Assembly (NCBI GenBank): GCA_965198115.1
Contig: OZ240241.1
Span: 800,001-864,000, forward strand
Length of the DNA stretch: 64,000 nucleotides
Direction: 5' to 3'
DNA from: Candidatus Latescibacterota bacterium
Lineage (GTDB): Bacteria > Latescibacterota > UBA2968
Below are positions 41,562-52,924 of the stretch, piece by piece. Each line of letters opens with the position of its first letter. Within the stretch, counting starts at the first letter, position 1. Position numbers and translations under genes: made by a program. The notes beneath the pieces are model-generated. The model saw only the letters and a list, made by a program, of their open reading frames with translations. It was not told the DNA's origin and ran no database searches.

Positions 41562-44294
41562 ATGGCCGAGTTTGATTTTGCGCACATCGAGAACGCCGAT
41601 TACGTCGAACAGATGTGGTCTGCGTATCGTCTCGACCCCCAGTCCGTCGATGTTGATTGGCGTGCCTTTTTTGCCGGTTTCGAGTTTTCTGGCGCCGAAC
41701 CAGGGGCCGGAAGTGAGGAACAAACCCACTTGCGGGGGGCCGACGCGCTCGTGACCGCCTACCGCAGGATGGGACACCTCGTTGCCCATCTGGCGCCGAT
41801 CTCCTACGACCGGCCCCCCCATCCTCTGTTGGACATCGCCGAATACGGGCTCACCGAAGCCGATCTGGACCGCCAGGTCGGGACCTGCGGGTTCGGGGGA
41901 ACGACGGACGGCACTCTGCGGGACCTCTTAGAGAAGCTCCAGGCGACCTACTGCCGGTCCGTGGGCGTCGAGTATCTGGAGATTCCCTACAAGAGCCAGC
42001 AGGAGTGGCTTCAGCGACAGATGGAGCCCACGCTGAACAGACCCAAGTTCACGAGCGAGCAGTGCGGACAGATCTTCGAGCAGGTGGTAGCTTCTCAGGG
42101 GTTCGAGAACTACTTGCACACGAAGTTCATTGGCCACAAAAGGTTCAGCCTGGAGGGGGCTGAGACACTCGTTCCTCTGTTGACGACACTCGCCGAAACA
42201 GGGGCGGCGCTTGAAGTGGAAGAGATGGTCCTGGGGATGGCCCATCGGGGACGCTTGAACGTCCTCGCTCACGTGCTGGAGAAACCCTACGAGCAGTTTT
42301 TCAGCGAGTTCGAGGGGACCGTGCCCGACCAGGGCATTCACGGCTCGGGCGACGTGAAATACCATATGGGATTCTCGAACGACTACGAGACGCAGAGCGG
42401 CCAGACCGTACACATCTCACTGAGCCCGAACCCCTCGCATCTCGAGTTGATCGACCCCGTGGTGGAAGGTCTCGTGTTCGCCAAGCAGGAGATTACGGGG
42501 GATGTTCAGAAGGGCCAGATCGTCCCCGTGCTGGTCCACGGCGACGCGTCGTTCACGGGGCAGGGCATCATTCCCGAAACGCTGTGTCTGGCCCAGTTGA
42601 ACGGTTACGACAATGGTGGCACGATTCACGTGATCGTGAACAACCAGATCGGGTTCACGGCGACGCCGAGGCAGACCCGGTTTACATCCTACCCGTCGGA
42701 TGTGGCGAAAATCGTGCAGGCGCCGGTCTTCCACGTCAACGGAGACGATCCGGAGGCCGTGGTTCACACCGCGATGATGGCGATGCGGTATCGCCAGGCT
42801 TTCAAGTCCGACGTGATCGTCGATCTCTGGTGCTATCGCCGACACGGCCACAACGAGGGTGACGATCCGATCTTTACCCAGCCCGTTCGCTACAAGGCTA
42901 TCGCGAAGCATCCGACGGTCGACAAGCTCTACGAAGCGGATCTGGTCAAGCACAACGTTCTTTCGCAAGGCGATGTCGACGCGATCCGCGCGAATCTGCG
43001 CAAGCGGCTCGACGATGCGCTCGACCGGGCCCACGAGCAGGCACCGGCCGAGAGCATGAGCTCGTTCGGCGGAGCGTGGAAGGGGCTCGGGCGTGCGGGT
43101 GAGGACTGGAGTTCGGACACGCGCGTCGACGAGCAGACGTTGAAGTCGATCGCCGACCGTGCGACGACGCCGCCAGAAGGGTTCAAGATCTATCGCAAGC
43201 TCGACCGGCTGGTCAAAACGCGTCGGGATATGGTTTTCGGGGAAACGCCGATGGATTGGGGCTGTGCGGAGATGTTGGCCTTCGGGACCCTGTTGCTCGA
43301 AGGGACGGCCGTGCGTCTGTCGGGTCAGGATTGCCAGCGAGGGACGTTCAGCCATCGACACGGGGTCTGGCACGATCACGAAAGCGGTCGACAGTACTGG
43401 CCGCTCGCCCACCTGTCGGAGGACCAGGGTGAGTTCACCTTGCTGAACTCGATGCTGAGCGAGCTCGCGGTCGTGGGATTCGAGTACGGGATCACCCTGG
43501 CCGATCCGTGGCGGTTGACGCTATGGGAGGCTCAGTTCGGGGACTTTTCGAACATGGCCCAGCCGATGATCGATCAGTTCATCTCCTGCGCGGAGCAGAA
43601 ATGGCAACGCATGAGCGGGTTGGTGATGCTCCTGCCTCACGGGTTCGAAGGGCAGGGCCCAGAGCATTCGAGCGCACGGATCGAACGGTATCTTGCCCTG
43701 TGTTCGCAGAACAATATGCAGGTGGCCGTGCCGACGCAGCCGGGCCAGTACTTTCACCTCCTGCGGCGCCAGATCAAGCGCGATTTCCGCAAGCCGCTCA
43801 TCCTGTTCATGCCGAAGAGCCTCCTGCGACACAAAGACGCTACATCCTCCCTGAAGGACCTTACGGATCGATCGTTCGACCCTGTTTTGGACGATCCCCT
43901 CGCCAAGCGGCCGAGCAGCGTGCGACGGCTGGTGTTTTGCAGCGGAAAGGTCTACTACGACCTGCTCGGGGCGCAGCGTGAACGGCAGGTCAAAGACGTG
44001 GCCGTCATTCGTCTGGAACAGCTGAACCCCTTTCCGTGGGAAGACGTGGGTGCTCTTTTCGATCGATACGGCAAGGTCGAGGAAGTTATCTGGGTCCAGG
44101 AGGAGCCTCAGAATATGGGAAGTTGGGATTTCACCGAACCCAAGTTGCGCAAGGTGTTGGAGGATCGGCTGCCGGTTCGTTACGTCGGCCGGAAACCCTC
44201 CGCGAGTCCCGCGACGGGATTGATGGGGCGCCACCTGAAGGAACAGAACGATTTCGTGAACGACGCGCTCACGCGAGCGGGAAAGGATGCCTAG
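41562..44294 (+). CDS. sucA: 2-oxoglutarate dehydrogenase E1
   Basis: GMAHRGRLN, GDVKYH, HGDASFTGQG, WEAQFGDF. Confidence 0.98.
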   Translation: MAEFDFAHIENADYVEQMWSAYRLDPQSVDVDWRAFFAGFEFSGAEPGAGSEEQTHLRGADALVTAYRRMGHLVAHLAPISYDRPPHPLLDIAEYGLTEADLDRQVGTCGFGGTTDGTLRDLLEKLQATYCRSVGVEYLEIPYKSQQEWLQRQMEPTLNRPKFTSEQCGQIFEQVVASQGFENYLHTKFIGHKRFSLEGAETLVPLLTTLAETGAALEVEEMVLGMAHRGRLNVLAHVLEKPYEQFFSEFEGTVPDQGIHGSGDVKYHMGFSNDYETQSGQTVHISLSPNPSHLELIDPVVEGLVFAKQEITGDVQKGQIVPVLVHGDASFTGQGIIPETLCLAQLNGYDNGGTIHVIVNNQIGFTATPRQTRFTSYPSDVAKIVQAPVFHVNGDDPEAVVHTAMMAMRYRQAFKSDVIVDLWCYRRHGHNEGDDPIFTQPVRYKAIAKHPTVDKLYEADLVKHNVLSQGDVDAIRANLRKRLDDALDRAHEQAPAESMSSFGGAWKGLGRAGEDWSSDTRVDEQTLKSIADRATTPPEGFKIYRKLDRLVKTRRDMVFGETPMDWGCAEMLAFGTLLLEGTAVRLSGQDCQRGTFSHRHGVWHDHESGRQYWPLAHLSEDQGEFTLLNSMLSELAVVGFEYGITLADPWRLTLWEAQFGDFSNMAQPMIDQFISCAEQKWQRMSGLVMLLPHGFEGQGPEHSSARIERYLALCSQNNMQVAVPTQPGQYFHLLRRQIKRDFRKPLILFMPKSLLRHKDATSSLKDLTDRSFDPVLDDPLAKRPSSVRRLVFCSGKVYYDLLGAQRERQVKDVAVIRLEQLNPFPWEDVGALFDRYGKVEEVIWVQEEPQNMGSWDFTEPKLRKVLEDRLPVRYVGRKPSASPATGLMGRHLKEQNDFVNDALTRAGKDA

Positions 44295-44297
44295 ACG

Positions 44298-45521
44298 ATG
44301 GCAGTGAATGTCGAGATTCCAGAACTGGGCGAATCCGTGACCGCGGCCATTCTGGTCGAATGGCTGAAAGAGGATGGTGATCGGGTCGAAGTCGACGAAT
44401 CGCTCTGCGTGATCGAGACCGACAAGGCCGACGCCGAGCTTCCGGCTCCCGTGGCCGGTGTGGTCTCGCGGGTCAAAGACGAGGGGGAGACGGTCGGGGT
44501 CGGCGATACGGTCGCCACGATCGACGAGGCCGCTGAGGGTGCGCCGCCGCCGGCGGAGCCAGTCGTCGAGCAAGCCGAACCGGTTGAGGCTGAATCGTCC
44601 GACGAAGGAGCGAGTGAGGATGATAGGCTGAGTCCAGCCGTGATGCGGATGGTGACGGAAAACAATCTCGACCCGGCTGCCATCGAGGGAACCGGGAAGG
44701 ACGGGCGTCTGACGAAAGAAGACGTTCAGAAGCACGTGGCTTCCAAAGCCGCCCCCTCTGGAAGTGTGACGGACCCGGCGCCAGCCCCTCCTGCGCCGTC
44801 GGCCCCCGCCACGACGGCTTCGGGTGGCGAACGTCGGGAACCTATGAGCCGGTTGCGGAAGAGGCTGGCGACCAATCTGGTGACGGCGCAGCACACCGCC
44901 GCGATGTTGACGACGTTCAACGAAGTGGATATGTCGGCGATTTTCACGCTACGCGGGCACTACAAGGAATCGTTCGCGGAGAAGCACGGCGTTTCCCTCG
45001 GGCTGATGTCCTTTTTCGTTCGCGCGAGTGTGCTGGCGCTTCAGGAGTACGAGAACGTCAACGCGAGCATCGAGGAAGACGAGATCGTTTTCCACGATTA
45101 CGTGAATATGGGTATCGCGGTGAGCACGCCGCGTGGGCTGGTCGTTCCGGTGTTGAAGAATACCGAGCAGATGTCGTTCGCGACGATCGAATCTGAGATC
45201 AAACGTGTAGCTCTGGCGGGTCGCGAGGGGAAGCTGAGCATCCCGGACCTGAGCGGAGGGACCTTCACGATCACGAACGGAGGCGTGTTCGGATCGATGC
45301 TATCGACACCGATCCTCAGCCCGCCGCAAACGGGCATCCTCGGAATGCACGCGATCCAGAGCCGGCCAGTCGCGGTGAGGGATCAGGTCGAAGTTCGACC
45401 GATGATGTATCTGGCACTGACCTACGACCACCGGCTGGTCGACGGCCGTGACTCTGTGACGTTCCTCGTGCGCGTGAAACAGTTGCTCGAGGATCCCGCG
45501 AGGATGATGCTCGAGGTCTGA
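44298..45521 (+). CDS. sucB: 2-oxoglutarate dehydrogenase E2
   Basis: Lipoyl [22 protein letters not shown]. Confidence 0.97.
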   Translation: MAVNVEIPELGESVTAAILVEWLKEDGDRVEVDESLCVIETDKADAELPAPVAGVVSRVKDEGETVGVGDTVATIDEAAEGAPPPAEPVVEQAEPVEAESSDEGASEDDRLSPAVMRMVTENNLDPAAIEGTGKDGRLTKEDVQKHVASKAAPSGSVTDPAPAPPAPSAPATTASGGERREPMSRLRKRLATNLVTAQHTAAMLTTFNEVDMSAIFTLRGHYKESFAEKHGVSLGLMSFFVRASVLALQEYENVNASIEEDEIVFHDYVNMGIAVSTPRGLVVPVLKNTEQMSFATIESEIKRVALAGREGKLSIPDLSGGTFTITNGGVFGSMLSTPILSPPQTGILGMHAIQSRPVAVRDQVEVRPMMYLALTYDHRLVDGRDSVTFLVRVKQLLEDPARMMLEV

Positions 45522-45643
45522 AGGCGAACAAGCTTGCAACGCAGAGGACGCAGGGATCGCAAAGCGTTGACTGAACGAGCAAGAACCCTAAGCTGAAAAC
45601 TGAACACCGAACACCCGCGGCCGAAGGCCGCACCGAGGTTCCA

Positions 45644-47044
45644 TTGGCTGACGAAACGTATGACGTGATCGTGGTGGGGGCCGGACCCGGCGGCTACGTG
45701 GCCGCGATTCGGGCGGGGCAACTGGGTCTCAAAACAGCTTGTGTGGAGAAGTCCGACTTGGGTGGGACGTGTCTGAATATCGGATGCATTCCGAGCAAGG
45801 CGTTGCTGGAATCGAGCCAACTCTACCATCAGACGACGAGTTCGTTGAGCCGTCACGGCGTGATTACGAACGGAGTGACGTTAGACCTTGCCGCGATGAT
45901 GAATCGCAAGGCGGGGATCGTCAAGCGAATGACGGGTGGGATTCGGGGACTGTTTCGCAAGAACAAGGTGACGCACCTGCAGGGTTTGGGCAGGCTCGCG
46001 GGCGACGGAGTCATCGAGGTTTCCGAAGGGAAGGGTGAGGGACGCTATCGGGCGAAGCATATCGTCCTCGCGACTGGATCGGTCGCTGTCGAGTTGCCCA
46101 ACCTTCCGTTCGACGGCGAATACATCGTTTCTTCGACCGAAGCGCTCGCTTTCGAGGACGTCCCGGAGAAACTGGTCGTGATCGGTGGCGGCGCGATCGG
46201 TCTGGAGCTCGGATCGGTCTGGAACCGGCTGGGCTCGAATGTGACGGTGCTCGAGCTGATGCCGCAGATCGTTCCAGGGATGGACGCCGAGATGGCGGAG
46301 CAACTTCAGAAAGCTCTCACTGGGCAGGGTCTTTCCTTCTGTCTGGAGAGCAAGGCGGATACGGCGGAGGTGAAGGACGGCCGCGTTCACGTCACGCTGT
46401 CGGAGAAGGGCGGCGAGCGTCACACGGAAGTGTGTGATCGGTTGCTCGTGGCGGTGGGGCGACGTGCCAACGTCGAAGGGCTGGGCGCGACAGAGGCGGG
46501 TGTCGATGTGGACGACCGGGGCCGTATCGTCGTCGATGGGCACTACAAGACGACGGTCGACGGTGTGTATGCGATAGGGGACGTGATCTCCGGGCCGATG
46601 CTGGCCCACAAAGCCGAAGAAGAAGGCGTCGCCGTCGTGGAGCTGATCGCCGGCAAGGCGGGACACGTGAATTACGATACTGTTCCGGCGGTGGTCTACA
46701 CGCATCCGGAGCTGGCTTCTGTCGGTTTGACCGAAGAGCAGGCGCGAGAATCGGCAGGCGATGTGAAGGTCGGGAAGTTTCCGTTTATGGCAAACGGTCG
46801 GGCTCACAGCCTGGAGGACACGGAGGGGCTCGTCAAAATCATCGCCGACGCAGAGACCGATCGCGTACTCGGGGTTCACATTCTCGGTGGACGCGCGTCT
46901 GAGATGGTGGCCGAAGCGGTGCTGGCGATGGAGTTCTCGGGCAGCGCAGAAGATATCGCCCGTACGATTCACGCGCACCCGACCCTGCCGGAAGCGATGA
47001 AGGAGGCCGCGTTGGCTGTGGAGAAGGCGGCCATTCACATCTGA
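45644..47044 (+). CDS. lpdA: Dihydrolipoyl dehydrogenase
   Basis: GGTCLNIGCIPSK, HAHPTLPE. Confidence 0.97.
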   Translation: MADETYDVIVVGAGPGGYVAAIRAGQLGLKTACVEKSDLGGTCLNIGCIPSKALLESSQLYHQTTSSLSRHGVITNGVTLDLAAMMNRKAGIVKRMTGGIRGLFRKNKVTHLQGLGRLAGDGVIEVSEGKGEGRYRAKHIVLATGSVAVELPNLPFDGEYIVSSTEALAFEDVPEKLVVIGGGAIGLELGSVWNRLGSNVTVLELMPQIVPGMDAEMAEQLQKALTGQGLSFCLESKADTAEVKDGRVHVTLSEKGGERHTEVCDRLLVAVGRRANVEGLGATEAGVDVDDRGRIVVDGHYKTTVDGVYAIGDVISGPMLAHKAEEEGVAVVELIAGKAGHVNYDTVPAVVYTHPELASVGLTEEQARESAGDVKVGKFPFMANGRAHSLEDTEGLVKIIADAETDRVLGVHILGGRASEMVAEAVLAMEFSGSAEDIARTIHAHPTLPEAMKEAALAVEKAAIHI

Positions 47045-47064
47045 CGTCCGAACGAGGAGGCAGC

Positions 47065-48537
47065 TTGGCAGAGTCACAATCGCTGACGTTTCCTTCACTC
47101 GCGCCCGCACTGACATCCCGCAGGGTCCGGGATTTCCTCGCCTTCTTCGGGCCCGGCGCCATCATTGCTTCGGTGACGATCGGAAGCGGTGAAACGGTCT
47201 GGGCATCCCGCAGCGGCGCAATCTTCGGCTACGGGATGTTCTGGGCGTTCAGTCTTTTCACGCTCACGAAAATCGTTCAGGTATACTCGGCCGCGCGATA
47301 TATGACGCTGACGGGTGAACACCCGATGGCCCGATGGGCGGTTTTACCCGGGCCCAAAGGGCTGTTTCCCGTCGTCGTCGGCCTGGTGATGGTCGTGTCG
47401 TTTCCGTTCTACCTGTCGAGTTTACCGATTATGCTCGGGACGATCACGTCCTGGGTGCTGTTCGACAATCCGGCCGCGTATCCCCACCTGATCGCGCTCC
47501 TGTTCATTGCCTTGCTCATCACGCTGACTTTTTTGCAGAGCTACGGTCTGCTCGAAAAGGTACAGACGCTGCTCGTCGGGGTGATGCTGGTCGTGATGCT
47601 CGTCGCCACGGTCGCCGCGTCGCCAGACTGGTCGGCCGCGTTGATCGGAGCGGTCGTTCCCGTGTTGCCGGAGTATCCGGAATGGGTTTCGCGCAATCCG
47701 ATGTTCACGGATCGTACGCTGATCGTAGAAATGGTCGCCTATATGGGCGTGATCGGAGGAGGCGTGCAGGATTACGTCGGGTATGTGGGGATGCTGCGCG
47801 AAAAGGCCTGGGGGATGATCGGGCGGCGTGGGGAAGTCGACACTTCAGTGCCTGTCCCCCTCGCAACCGACGAGCAGAACGTCGCGTTGGGCCTGGCTTG
47901 GCTGAAAGCCCCGCTCATCGACTCGATCGTGTCGTTCGCGACCGTGCTCCTGTTTACGGCAGCCTTCCTGATTCTGGGCGCCACGTTGTTGCATCCGAAC
48001 GAGATCGTCCCGTCGGGGATGGATCTCTACAACCATCAAGTCGTCTTCCTGACGGGACTTCACGAGGGCGCGACCGTACAGCGCTTCCTTGAAGGGCTCT
48101 ACAAGGCCGGCGTGTTCTTCGCGATCTTCGGCACCGTCTATGGGGCGTTCGAGCTCTACGTGCGGACGGCCCACGAGTGCGTGCGGACGGTCAGCCCGAA
48201 GTGGTCGGGTCTTACACTGAATCGGGCTCGCGTCTGGACGCTGGGCTACACGGCCGTGGCAGGGGGCGCGCTGGTCTGCGTGGCGTGGTGGACCGCGATG
48301 AACGATCCCGCCGGGATCGGGTGGAACCCGATTTCGATTATGACGATTCCGCTGCACGTAACCGGTGTGTTCCTCGCCGGGCCGTGGTGCTTTGCGATGA
48401 TCTGGATCGATCGAAAGTGGCTGCCCGAGCCGTTCAGGATGGGCAAGCTGCTCGTGTGGATGAACGTCGTGTGCGGTCTGCTTTTCGCGCTGTTCGGAGC
48501 GAGAGCCGTTTACGATGATATTCTGTCTTTGATGTAG
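47065..48537 (+). CDS. Nramp-like / APC-fold membrane transporter
   Basis: GPGAIIASVTIGSGE, multiple TM helices. Confidence 0.75.
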   Translation: MAESQSLTFPSLAPALTSRRVRDFLAFFGPGAIIASVTIGSGETVWASRSGAIFGYGMFWAFSLFTLTKIVQVYSAARYMTLTGEHPMARWAVLPGPKGLFPVVVGLVMVVSFPFYLSSLPIMLGTITSWVLFDNPAAYPHLIALLFIALLITLTFLQSYGLLEKVQTLLVGVMLVVMLVATVAASPDWSAALIGAVVPVLPEYPEWVSRNPMFTDRTLIVEMVAYMGVIGGGVQDYVGYVGMLREKAWGMIGRRGEVDTSVPVPLATDEQNVALGLAWLKAPLIDSIVSFATVLLFTAAFLILGATLLHPNEIVPSGMDLYNHQVVFLTGLHEGATVQRFLEGLYKAGVFFAIFGTVYGAFELYVRTAHECVRTVSPKWSGLTLNRARVWTLGYTAVAGGALVCVAWWTAMNDPAGIGWNPISIMTIPLHVTGVFLAGPWCFAMIWIDRKWLPEPFRMGKLLVWMNVVCGLLFALFGARAVYDDILSLM

Positions 48538-48559
48538 GGAGAAGGCAGCAGGCAGAAGT

Positions 48560-48595
48560 GAGAAGGGGCGATGCCATTCGGCGTCGCCCCTTCTC
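48560..48595. terminator. Hairpin between convergent genes
   Basis: GAGAAGGGGCGATGCC-attc-GGCGTCGCCCCTTCTC. Confidence 0.7.
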
Positions 48596-48688
48596 TTAAT
48601 TCTGAATCGCTCACCGGGATGGGCACCGTACGTGAGCGGATCCACGAACAGTCATTGCTCCTTCTCCCTGCTCACTTCTCCCTACCCT

Positions 48689-50674
48689 CTACCAGTTGTG
48701 TACGCCGTGGCCGTCGTCGGGAAACCAGATGAAGTCGACGCCGGCCGATGTGGCCACCGAAACGACGTAGCCGACGACGAGCCCGATGAAGTAGGGCTTT
48801 GAGCGGTTGTAGAGGGCGATGCCACCGATGCGCAGGATGATCGATTTCGTGAGCCACACCAGAAAGATGCTGAAGGCGTAGAAGCGGGATCCGCCCATTG
48901 TCTGAAAGGCGAACCCGAGCGGGTGCAGGGGCCACCAGGAGAACCGGTTACCCAACATCGTAAGGAGGTAGGCGACGGCGAATCCCGCGCCCCACACCCC
49001 CGCCTTTCCGGGGTCGGGCAGCGTCTTGTCGGCGTTGATCATCGCGCTGACCATTCTGTCGTATGTCCGGATGTGACCCGTGCTGAAACCTGTGAGTCCC
49101 AGATTCTGTCCGGCGTAGGCGTAACCCAGGTAGACGATGAAAACGCAAGATGTCACCATTCCGACCGCAAAAGCGAGGGGGGCGGACCAGAAGACGAGCA
49201 GACGCTGCCTCACCGCCTGTCCAAAGATCCGGAGATGGTGGGGAAGCGCGGGCCAGGCCGGAATGCGGATGTTGCCGAAAAACGCGTTGGAATTGATAAA
49301 CCCGAAACCGATGAAGTCCCTGTTGGAGAGGTTGGCCGTCCCGGTGAACGTTTGGAGAATTTCGCCTCCCTTCCTGCCGACGGGGAAGAGATACGGGAAC
49401 CCGGTCAGGGCGATGAACTTGGTGACGGTGAAGTAGGCGATCAGGATCAGCATCAGATGAACGACGCTGAGCCCGATCGATAGACCGAGGCCGTGGAACC
49501 ACCCGACGACGAAGAGCAATGCCCCGGCCAGCCCCAGAACGGCATAGCGGTAAGGGATCCAGCCATCGTCGTCGGCCGACCTCGGGCCTTCGCGGGCACA
49601 CTTGAGGACGTGGGCGAGATGATGACGGGCGACCCACACCGCGTAGATCGCCAGAAACGTGAGGCCCCCGTGCGACTCCGGGACCATAATCTCGAGTCCT
49701 TCGGCCTGTTGCCCCTCGAGCCCGACGGCGAATCCCACGCGCGTCATCAGACCTTCCTGAACGATCGCGATCAGCCGGAACACCCACAGGCTGAGGAGAA
49801 TCTCCAGATTGCACAGGTAGGTGAATCCGATGACGGGAGGCAGGATGCGGAGGTAGGTTGGAGGAAACCCCCTGGCCAGGATGACCTGCTTCGTGTTGTG
49901 ATCGTCGTAAATGCCCAGCCGGGGGAGGTCGGGGTAGAAGTAGCCCGCGATGTTGTAGACGAAGACGGCAAAGACGGTAAAGAATCCCGCCCAGAAAACT
50001 CTGTCCCGAAATATCTTGGGGATTCGATCGTCGCTGTCGAAGTCCTGCGTCAGCTCGAGCGGAAACTCGGCGAGCGGGAAGGTCAGACGTTCGGCCCTTT
50101 CCCACTGTTTTTGAAAGATGATCGAGATGCAGAGGCCGACAATGACGAGGGCGACCGACACAGCCGTCCACCAGAACAGCGTGCCGAACCACCCGCTCCA
50201 GGGGATCGCCTGGCCGGTCGGAATGCCCTCGTAGTAGGTTCTGATAATGGCGTCTGATCGGTGGGGCAGGTTCCACCAGGGAAGGATGTCGAAGAGATGC
50301 TCTTCCCAGCCGTTTTCCGGCGAGGCGTGGTAGAGCGGCGCGCTGACGATCCCGCCCCAATAGGTCGTCCACCCGCTCGCGGGAATGGTTCCAACGATCC
50401 AGGAGAAGCTGTAGATGACGAGCATTTCGTGGGAGCGAAGGGCAAGGGAGGGGCGAACGAACTTCAATGCGGTGTTGATCACGACCCACGCCACGAAAGG
50501 CATGAGCATCGCCATCGGGAGCTGGGACTTCACGAGGGAAGCCGACCCGAGGATCATGCCTGTGTAGTCGCTGTAGAGGTTGAGAAGGGCGCCGGTCGCG
50601 AGTCCGAGCAGGATGGACCGGGGTGTGAGACGGATCGATCTGTCGCCCGGATCGGCTTCGGGGAGGGCGGACAG
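48689..50674 (-). CDS. DUF6785/DUF6784-like (OPT-like) membrane protein
   Basis: QWERAERLTFPL, WWPLHPLG, ILRIGG...KPYFIGL; frame stays open upstream of the called ATG at 50557, so the start is uncertain. Confidence 0.7.
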   Translation of the reverse strand: MSALPEADPGDRSIRLTPRSILLGLATGALLNLYSDYTGMILGSASLVKSQLPMAMLMPFVAWVVINTALKFVRPSLALRSHEMLVIYSFSWIVGTIPASGWTTYWGGIVSAPLYHASPENGWEEHLFDILPWWNLPHRSDAIIRTYYEGIPTGQAIPWSGWFGTLFWWTAVSVALVIVGLCISIIFQKQWERAERLTFPLAEFPLELTQDFDSDDRIPKIFRDRVFWAGFFTVFAVFVYNIAGYFYPDLPRLGIYDDHNTKQVILARGFPPTYLRILPPVIGFTYLCNLEILLSLWVFRLIAIVQEGLMTRVGFAVGLEGQQAEGLEIMVPESHGGLTFLAIYAVWVARHHLAHVLKCAREGPRSADDDGWIPYRYAVLGLAGALLFVVGWFHGLGLSIGLSVVHLMLILIAYFTVTKFIALTGFPYLFPVGRKGGEILQTFTGTANLSNRDFIGFGFINSNAFFGNIRIPAWPALPHHLRIFGQAVRQRLLVFWSAPLAFAVGMVTSCVFIVYLGYAYAGQNLGLTGFSTGHIRTYDRMVSAMINADKTLPDPGKAGVWGAGFAVAYLLTMLGNRFSWWPLHPLGFAFQTMGGSRFYAFSIFLVWLTKSIILRIGGIALYNRSKPYFIGLVVGYVVSVATSAGVDFIWFPDDGHGVHNW

Positions 50675-50675
50675 A

Positions 50676-52845
50676 TCAGCCCCCCGTGGGACGAGCGCTC
50701 TGAGAGAGTGACAGGTCGATCGCGTGGGCGAGGGTACGGTTGAGCTGATCGAGCTCGATCGGCTTCTGGACTCTGAAGTCGAATGCTCCGAGGCGGGGGT
50801 CGCCCTCGTCGAGGTCCCAGCCGGTCATGAGAATGGTGGAGATGCGCGGATCATATTGCTTGAGGGTGATGGCGACACGATCCCCCGAGATGTAGGGAAT
50901 CCCGAGGTCGACCAGTGCCACGTCCAGGTCATTCTCGCGCATCAGATCGATGGCTTCTCGACCATCGGCCGCGATCAGGACCTGATGGCCCGCTCGCTCC
51001 AGCGAGCCACTGACCACTTCGCGAACGACTTCCTCGTCCTCGACGACGAGAATCCGCGCTGGTGGGACGGCGATCGGCTCCTCGGTCGTCGTTTCCTCGG
51101 ATTCGAATTTGGGCTCACCGCGCCAGGGAACGAGGGTGATGGTGAAGATGGATCCCCGGCCGAGAATGCTGCGCACATCGAGTCGCCCCCCCCAGCGTCG
51201 AACGGTGGCGTAGGCTGTCGATAGACCGAGTCCGGTTCCCACGTTCGCTTTGGTTGTAAAAAACGGCTCGAACACGCGTTGTCGGACGTCCTCAGACATT
51301 CCGATCCCGTCATCCTCGACGCGAATGACAACCTCATCGGCCGTGCGCTCAGAGACGATGGTAATGTTGCCGGCTGGGTCCCGCTCCGAACCGACGAGGG
51401 CGTCGGCCGCGTTGAGGAGCAGGTTCAGGAGCACGTTGTGCATTCCAAGCTTGGTGGCGGCAGCGATGCAGCCTCGGCCCAACTCGAGATGCGTCTCGAT
51501 TTGGCGACCGTAGGCTTCGGGTTCGTCCTTGATCTTTGGGCGTGCAGCGAGCAGGGCGTCCTGGATGGCTTCGTTCACGTCGACTTCGCTGATCCTCTCT
51601 TCGTCGGCGTCGCGTACGACGTCGTTCAGTCGACGGACCAGATCCCGCGCACGGATCGTTGCGCCCACGATCCGTTCCAGTTCGCGTCTGGAATCGGTAT
51701 CGCGCGATTCCTCGAGCAGGATATCGGCAGGGGCAAGGATGCCTGTCAGGATGTTGTCAGGTTGTGGCTGATTCCGGCTGAGAACTCGCCGATGGCCCGC
51801 AGTCGCTGCGTGCGTATGTGTTCCTCCTCGCTCCGCTTTCTGAGGGTGATGTCGTGGATCAGGATGACGCTGCCCCAGATCTGTTCCCTGGCATCGACGA
51901 GCGGTGTTCGCTGGACTTCGAACGCTCGGGGCTCGGCTTCGTCCCCTCTGACGACTTCCTTCACATCACCAATGTGGAACTCCTCGAGCTCCGGGATGCA
52001 TTCTGCGGTGCGGCGCCCGATACAATCGTCCGCGCTCATACCCAGAAAACTGAGAGCGGACGGGTTGAGGTCGACGATCGTATCGTCTTTGTTCGCCACG
52101 AGGACCCCGTCGGTCATTTCGTCGACGACCGTGCCTCTCGCGAATGGAACAATGTCCAAAAAGCCGTAGCGGAACATCCCCCACGCTCCAGCGACGCCCA
52201 TCACCACGAAAGAGAAGGGCGTCAGGTCCAGCTGAGGAAACGGAGTGAGACGCATCAGGTAGAGCAGGTTGCCGATCAAGGGACAGAGGATCCCGAGCAG
52301 GATAACGATGCCCTGCCTTCGAAAGATCTCCGAAGTGTGCGTGACAAACTGGATGACGCTGAGCAGGCCGATGAAGAGGAGGGCGTATGAATACGCACTG
52401 TGGACCCAGAAAACGGGACCATAGGTCTTGATGAGGTGGATATGCCCGCCGATTTCCTGAAGTTCGGCACTCGACCGGACGAGCCCGTGCCACGTGCTCG
52501 TCCGGTCGAGTGCCGAAGGATGGCGAGCGGTTCGATCGCCAGGAGGGCCACTCTCCGCCGGGTGAACCATTCGGCGTGGCCCGTATACCCGACGAGAAAG
52601 GCGAATGCGGCCGTCGGTACGGTCACGATGCCGATGTATTCGACGTTGGTCCAGAAGAGGATGGTCTCGAGCGAGGTGCTCGACAGCTCGATCGCATAGC
52701 CGATCGTCCAAAAGGCCGATGCGGCTGTCATAATCGAGAAAGCAAGGACGCCGTCCGCGCGCCGATTTCTGTAACCGTGGAAGGCGAACGCGCCGGCCAA
52801 CGCGGCCGTTACGACGAGGGGAAGGGTATAGGGACTCTCCGACAC
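50676..52845 (-). CDS. Hybrid histidine kinase (7TM-PAS-HisKA-HATPase-REC), frameshifts near 52515 and 51757
   Basis: 7TM N-terminus, PAS, SAGISHNL H-box, FEPFFTTK, GTGLGL, receiver ILVVEDE. Confidence 0.85.
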
Positions 52846-52924
52846 GGTCTGAATATAGTTGCGCCGAGCCACGGCAGGCAACGATTAAGCCGCTCGTTCG
52901 CGAATCCAGACTTTCGAGAGGACG

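Noticed and set aside
43521-47116. Long antisense ORFs opposite sucA, sucB and lpdA (and similar ORFs elsewhere, e.g. 25509-26903)
   Set aside because: Shadow ORFs typical of GC-rich DNA, with no recognisable motifs
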